From an uncultured Desulfosarcina sp. (lineage in GTDB: Bacteria; Desulfobacterota; Desulfobacteria; Desulfobacterales; Desulfosarcinaceae): a DNA stretch of 64,000 nucleotides. Location: positions 2,272,001 to 2,336,000 of the forward strand of contig CAXXWQ010000004.1 in assembly GCA_963674945.2 (NCBI GenBank). Direction: 5' to 3'. The notes beneath the pieces are model-generated. The model did not search any database and was not told the origin of the DNA. It worked only from the letters and a program-made list of their open reading frames with translations. The position numbers and the translations under genes were made by a program. Below, piece by piece: positions 60,026 through 64,000 of this stretch; within the stretch, counting starts at the first letter, position 1; each line of letters opens with the position of its first letter.

Positions 60026-61264
60026 TTATATCTCCAACGCCACGAGATCTTCATATGTCTCCCGGCGGCGGGCAAGCGTCACTTTCTCACCGTCCACGAG
60101 AATCTCGGCGGCCCTGGGCCTGGCGTTGTACTGGGAGGACATGGTGAACCCATAAGCGCCAGCGGAAAACACCGCCAGATATTCACCGGTTTCCACCTTT
60201 GCAAGCAATCGATCCTGGGCGAGAAAATCGGAACTCTCACAGATGGGCCCCACCACATCAACTTTATGCTTTTCCCGTCCTTTTGGCGTTACCTCGCCGA
60301 TTCGGTGAAAAGCGTCATAGAGGGAGGGACGCACCAGATCATTCATGGCCGCATCCACGATGACGAAGTGTTTCGCCTGCGTCCTCTTGTTATAGAGCAC
60401 ACGGGTAACCAGGATGCCGGCGTTTCCCGAGATGGCACGACCCGGCTCCAGGATTACGGTCATCTTTCTATCGGCCAAAGAATCGACGATGATCCGACCC
60501 AAGTCCGCGGGCAGGGGCGGTTCTTCCTTGTCGTAGGTGATGCCCAGCCCGCCACCCAGATCCAGGTATTGAATATGCACACCCGACTCTTTCAGACGGT
60601 CGGCAAAGGCCAGCAACTTCTCCAATGCTTCCACGAAGGGGCCGATTCCGGTAAGCTGGCTGCCGATGTGGCAATCCATACCCACAGGTTCGACCGAGGG
60701 CATCTTCTTTGCCATAAGATAAGCACCTGCAGCTTCCAGCATGTCCAACCCGAACTTGTTCTTCTTGAGTCCCGTGGAGATGTAGGGATGGGTTTTCGGG
60801 TCCACGTCCGGATTGATCCGCAGGCTGATCCGCGTGGTTGTGTCCATGGATTCAGCCAACTGGCCGATCCGCTCCAGTTCTTGCACCGACTCCACGTTGA
60901 ACATGAGGATATCGGCCGCAAGCGCCTCTTTGATTTCGTGATCGGCTTTTCCCACCCCGGAATAGACGATCTTGTTGGAGGGAATACCGGCCTTTTGGGC
61001 CCGGTAAAGCTCTCCACCGGAAACGATGTCCACACCGGCGCCCAGCTCACCCAGCAGTCGAAGCAAGCTTACATTGCCATTGGCCTTGACGGAAAAACAG
61101 GTCAGGTGGTCCTGTCCTGCCAAGGCCTCGTCGAAGGCCCTGAAATGACGTTTTATGGTCTTCGTGGAATAGACGTACAGGGGAGTACCGAATTTCTCGG
61201 CCAGGTCGGCGATGCGAACTTTTTCCACCCATAGTTCTCCGTCGCGGTAGTCGAAATAGTCCAT
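60026..61264 (-). CDS. lysA: Diaminopimelate decarboxylase
   Basis: GTPLYVYS, SVKAN (PLP Lys), HIGSQL, LEPGR, GPICESSD. Confidence 0.97.
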   Translation of the reverse strand: MDYFDYRDGELWVEKVRIADLAEKFGTPLYVYSTKTIKRHFRAFDEALAGQDHLTCFSVKANGNVSLLRLLGELGAGVDIVSGGELYRAQKAGIPSNKIVYSGVGKADHEIKEALAADILMFNVESVQELERIGQLAESMDTTTRISLRINPDVDPKTHPYISTGLKKNKFGLDMLEAAGAYLMAKKMPSVEPVGMDCHIGSQLTGIGPFVEALEKLLAFADRLKESGVHIQYLDLGGGLGITYDKEEPPLPADLGRIIVDSLADRKMTVILEPGRAISGNAGILVTRVLYNKRTQAKHFVIVDAAMNDLVRPSLYDAFHRIGEVTPKGREKHKVDVVGPICESSDFLAQDRLLAKVETGEYLAVFSAGAYGFTMSSQYNARPRAAEILVDGEKVTLARRRETYEDLVALEI

Positions 61265-61275
61265 GGCACCATCCT

Positions 61276-61395
61276 TTGACTGCTTCGTAAAAAACTTTTC
61301 CAGGCCAACTATGGCCAGCCAACAACATGTCCAGGAACTGATTTTCCATTATATTGCCGATTACGTGAATGGGAAAAGCTTTTTATCAAAAGTCT
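61276..61395 (+). repeat. Family A palindromic element, copy 2
   Basis: TTGACTGCTTCGTAAAAAACTTTTCCAGGCCA...TGGCCA...GGGAAAAGCTTTTTA. Confidence 0.78.
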
Positions 61396-61457
61396 TTTGG
61401 AATTTGGTTGGAGAAACGAGTTCCTTGGAATTCCGATATCTGCGCCTCATCCGGCGA

Positions 61458-62918
61458 TCATATTCGCGGCAGATCGCAGCATCCCTTTTCCGGAAGGTCC
61501 GTCCGCCCCATGAGGAATCGATCCATGCAGCGGGCCGCCTCCCTGCCTTCGGAGATGGCCCATACGATGAGGGACTGACCCCGGTGGGCATCGCCTGCGG
61601 CAAAGACCCCGGAACGGGAGGTCATATAATTATCGCCGGTTCGGATGTTTCCGTGTTTGTCCAGCGCAAGCCCCAGTTCTTCGACAATGGTACCGGATTC
61701 CGGACCGGTAAAGCCAAGCGCCAAGAGCACCAGGTCTGCCGGCCATTTTTTCCGTGAACCGGGAATTTCGTCGAAATGGATCGGCCGTCCTTTTTCTTTT
61801 TTCCAGGAGACTTCCACCGTCTCGATAGCACGTATCCGTCCGTCACTTCCCACGAAAGCCTTGGTGAGCACATTCCAGTGGCGGCTGCCACCCTCTTCAT
61901 GGCTGCTGCTGGTGCGAAGCCGCATGGGCCAATGGGGCCAGGGTTGAAATTCGGGGCGATCCGTCGTCGGCTGTGGCAGCAATTCGAAGTTGACCACAGA
62001 GGCCGCCCCCTGGCGATGGCTGGTTCCGATGCAGTCGCTTCCCGTGTCTCCGCCGCCGATGACGATGACATGCTTGCCCGAAGCCTCAATGGCAAGGGAC
62101 GTGGACTCACCGGAAATCACTCGGTTCTGGTCGGCCAAAAAATCCATGGCAAAGTGGATGCCGGCAAGTTCCCGGCCGGGGATGGAAAGATCCCGGGGTC
62201 GAGTACTGCCCATGCACAGGACCACGGCATCGAAATCGGTACAGAGGATTTCGCCGCCCAGGTCCACGCCTGCGCGGACATTGGTCTGGAAGGTGATTCC
62301 CTCGGCCTCCATCACAGTCAGACGACGGTCCACGACCGTCTTTTCCAGTTTGAAATCGGGAATGCCATACCGCAACAGGCCGCCGGGTCTGGCATTGCGC
62401 TCGAAAACGGTCACCGTATGACCGACGCGGTTGAGTTGGTCGGCGCAGGCCAGCCCCGACGGACCGGAACCGATAACGGCCACCCGTTTTCCCGTGCGCC
62501 GCTTCGGCGGCGTGGGGATGACCCATCCCTCCTGAAAGGCCTTTTCGATGATGGTCTTTTCGATCTGCTCGATGGTCACCGCCGGCTGGTTGATGGACAG
62601 CACGCAGGCCTCCTCGCAGGGTGCCGGACAGAGGCGACCGGTAAATTCGGGAAAGTTGTTGGTGGCCGAAAGCAGCAAAAAGGCGTCTTTCCACCGGCCG
62701 TGGTATACCTCATCGTTCCAGTCGGGAATGCGGTTTCCCAAAGGGCACCCACCGTGGCAGGTGGGAACGCCGCAGTCCATGCAGCGGGCGGCCTGGTTGC
62801 GCAAGGTCGATTCGGGAAAGGGCCGGTAGATCTCCCTGAAATCCCCCACCCTCTCTTCTACCGGCCTGCGTTCGGGCAATTGCCGGTCGTGTTCCATGAA
62901 TCCCGTGGGTTTTCCCAT
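61458..62918 (-). CDS. gltD: Glutamate synthase small subunit
   Basis: MGKPTGF, RCMDCGVPTC, IGSGPSG, GGGDTGSDC, GQSLIVWAI.EGR. Confidence 0.96.
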   Translation of the reverse strand: MGKPTGFMEHDRQLPERRPVEERVGDFREIYRPFPESTLRNQAARCMDCGVPTCHGGCPLGNRIPDWNDEVYHGRWKDAFLLLSATNNFPEFTGRLCPAPCEEACVLSINQPAVTIEQIEKTIIEKAFQEGWVIPTPPKRRTGKRVAVIGSGPSGLACADQLNRVGHTVTVFERNARPGGLLRYGIPDFKLEKTVVDRRLTVMEAEGITFQTNVRAGVDLGGEILCTDFDAVVLCMGSTRPRDLSIPGRELAGIHFAMDFLADQNRVISGESTSLAIEASGKHVIVIGGGDTGSDCIGTSHRQGAASVVNFELLPQPTTDRPEFQPWPHWPMRLRTSSSHEEGGSRHWNVLTKAFVGSDGRIRAIETVEVSWKKEKGRPIHFDEIPGSRKKWPADLVLLALGFTGPESGTIVEELGLALDKHGNIRTGDNYMTSRSGVFAAGDAHRGQSLIVWAISEGREAARCMDRFLMGRTDLPEKGCCDLPRI

Positions 62919-62954
62919 GACCGTTACCTCATTTTTCATTACTACAATTGAAAA

Positions 62955-63076
62955 AGTCTTTTTTAAAAAAGCTTTTCCATCGTTTCCATCTATCGGCAAA
63001 AAAAATACGAATGAGTTTCTTGCACGCGATTGTCTGGCCATATTTGGCCTGGAAAAGCTTTTTGCGAATCCGTCAA
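62955..63076 (-). repeat. Family A palindromic element, copy 3 (reverse orientation)
   Basis: Reverse complement reads TTGACGGATTCGCAAAAAGCTTTTCCAGGCCA...TGCAAGAAACTC...GGAAAAGCTTTT. Confidence 0.8.
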
Positions 63077-64000
63077 AGTTTGGCCAGCGCCTTCTTATAT
63101 TCTATGGGCATCACCTTGATGAAGCGGTGGGGAATCGACGACCGGTCCGCCAGAATTCTTTCGGCAACGCGGCTTCCGGTGAAGGTCAGGTGTGATTGGA
63201 TCAGGTCCGCCAGTTCAGCCAGGTCCTCGGGTGTCAGGCCCTCCAACGCCACGGCCTCCAGGTTGCAGTGGTGCCGTTGAAAACGGTCGTCCTCATCCAC
63301 CAGCATATAGGCGATGCCGCCTGTCATGCCGGCGGCGAAATTTCGTCCCGTTGGTCCGAGAACGACCACCCTCCCACCGGTCATGTATTCACAACCGTGG
63401 TCGCCCACCCCTTCCACCACGGCCAGGACCCCGCTGTTTCTCACACAGAAGCGTTCGCCGGCCCGCCCACGGATGTAGGCCCGGCCCGAAGTCGCGCCGT
63501 AGAGGGCAACATTGCCAACGATGATGTTCTCCTCGGCAGCATAGGCCGCCGTCTCAGGGGGGCGGATGGCCAGCACGCTGCCGCTCAGACCCTTGCCGAA
63601 GTAGTCGTTGGCCTCCCCATCCACGCGAGCGGTAATGCCCGGTGCGCCGAAGGCGAAGAAACTCTGACCGGCGCTTCCCGTGGCGTGGATGGCGATGGTG
63701 TCGTCGGCCAACCCCTTCTCGCCGTATCGTTTCGTGACTTCATGGCTCAGGCGGGTTCCCACGGTGCGGCGGACGTTGGCGATGGCAAGATCGATACGCA
63801 CCGGCCGGCCATTTTCCAGTGCCGGGGCCGCCCGGCGGATCAGGTCTTCGTCGGGCGGCGCGCCGTCACCGCGAATCAACCCCTTGGGGATGCAGAGCCG
63901 CTGGATGTGATCGGGTACTTCCGGCCGTTGAAGAATGGGTGCAAGGTTGAGGCCGCGGGTCTTCCAATGATCCCGGCCTTTGGCCACCCGAAGTCGCGAC
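63073..64000 (-). CDS. gltB: Glutamate synthase large subunit, C-terminal part (5'-truncated by the window edge)
   Basis: GSAGQSF, ANDYFGKGLSG, GERFCVRNSG, GCEYMTGG, FIKVMP. Confidence 0.95.
   Translation of the reverse strand, partial: SRLRVAKGRDHWKTRGLNLAPILQRPEVPDHIQRLCIPKGLIRGDGAPPDEDLIRRAAPALENGRPVRIDLAIANVRRTVGTRLSHEVTKRYGEKGLADDTIAIHATGSAGQSFFAFGAPGITARVDGEANDYFGKGLSGSVLAIRPPETAAYAAEENIIVGNVALYGATSGRAYIRGRAGERFCVRNSGVLAVVEGVGDHGCEYMTGGRVVVLGPTGRNFAAGMTGGIAYMLVDEDDRFQRHHCNLEAVALEGLTPEDLAELADLIQSHLTFTGSRVAERILADRSSIPHRFIKVMPIEYKKALAKL

Overview
Chromosomal window from a sulfate-reducing bacterium. Gene content and repeat style point to Desulfobacterota, probably Desulfobacterales/Desulfosarcina-like (inference). 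In order: the end of a glycerol-type sugar ABC operon; a YkgJ protein; an intact IS1380 with a 6-bp target duplication; a CsgG-like gene; dapA with a long structured leader; TPR and kinase-fold genes ahead of dsrABD-dsrN; a FecR-TPR-barrel outer-membrane receptor with a small Cys-hairpin partner; tetraheme cytochrome c3; ycaO-tatCB-mltA-moaC/moaE/mobA/moaB; mazG-like, ychF-like and kamA genes; an MddA-like methyltransferase; a receiver-domain-containing Lon protease divergent from a sigma54 operon ('TFAE' small proteins, USP-like proteins, 26-aa sORF, SLC13 permease, CMK-like protein, histidine kinase, bEBP); an MCP; acrAB with a TetR gene; mce; an aminotransferase with substituted PLP-binding residues; and a nitrogen cluster (glnK-amtB, glnD-amtB-glnB-glnA), then lysA, gltD and partial gltB. 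Several families of short palindromic intergenic elements are dispersed through the window. The best candidates for an undescribed system are the phosphorylation-gated Lon/TFAE module (31-41 kb) and the FecR-TPR-barrel/peptide pair (15.8-19.7 kb). All calls come from reading the sequence by eye; no searches were run.
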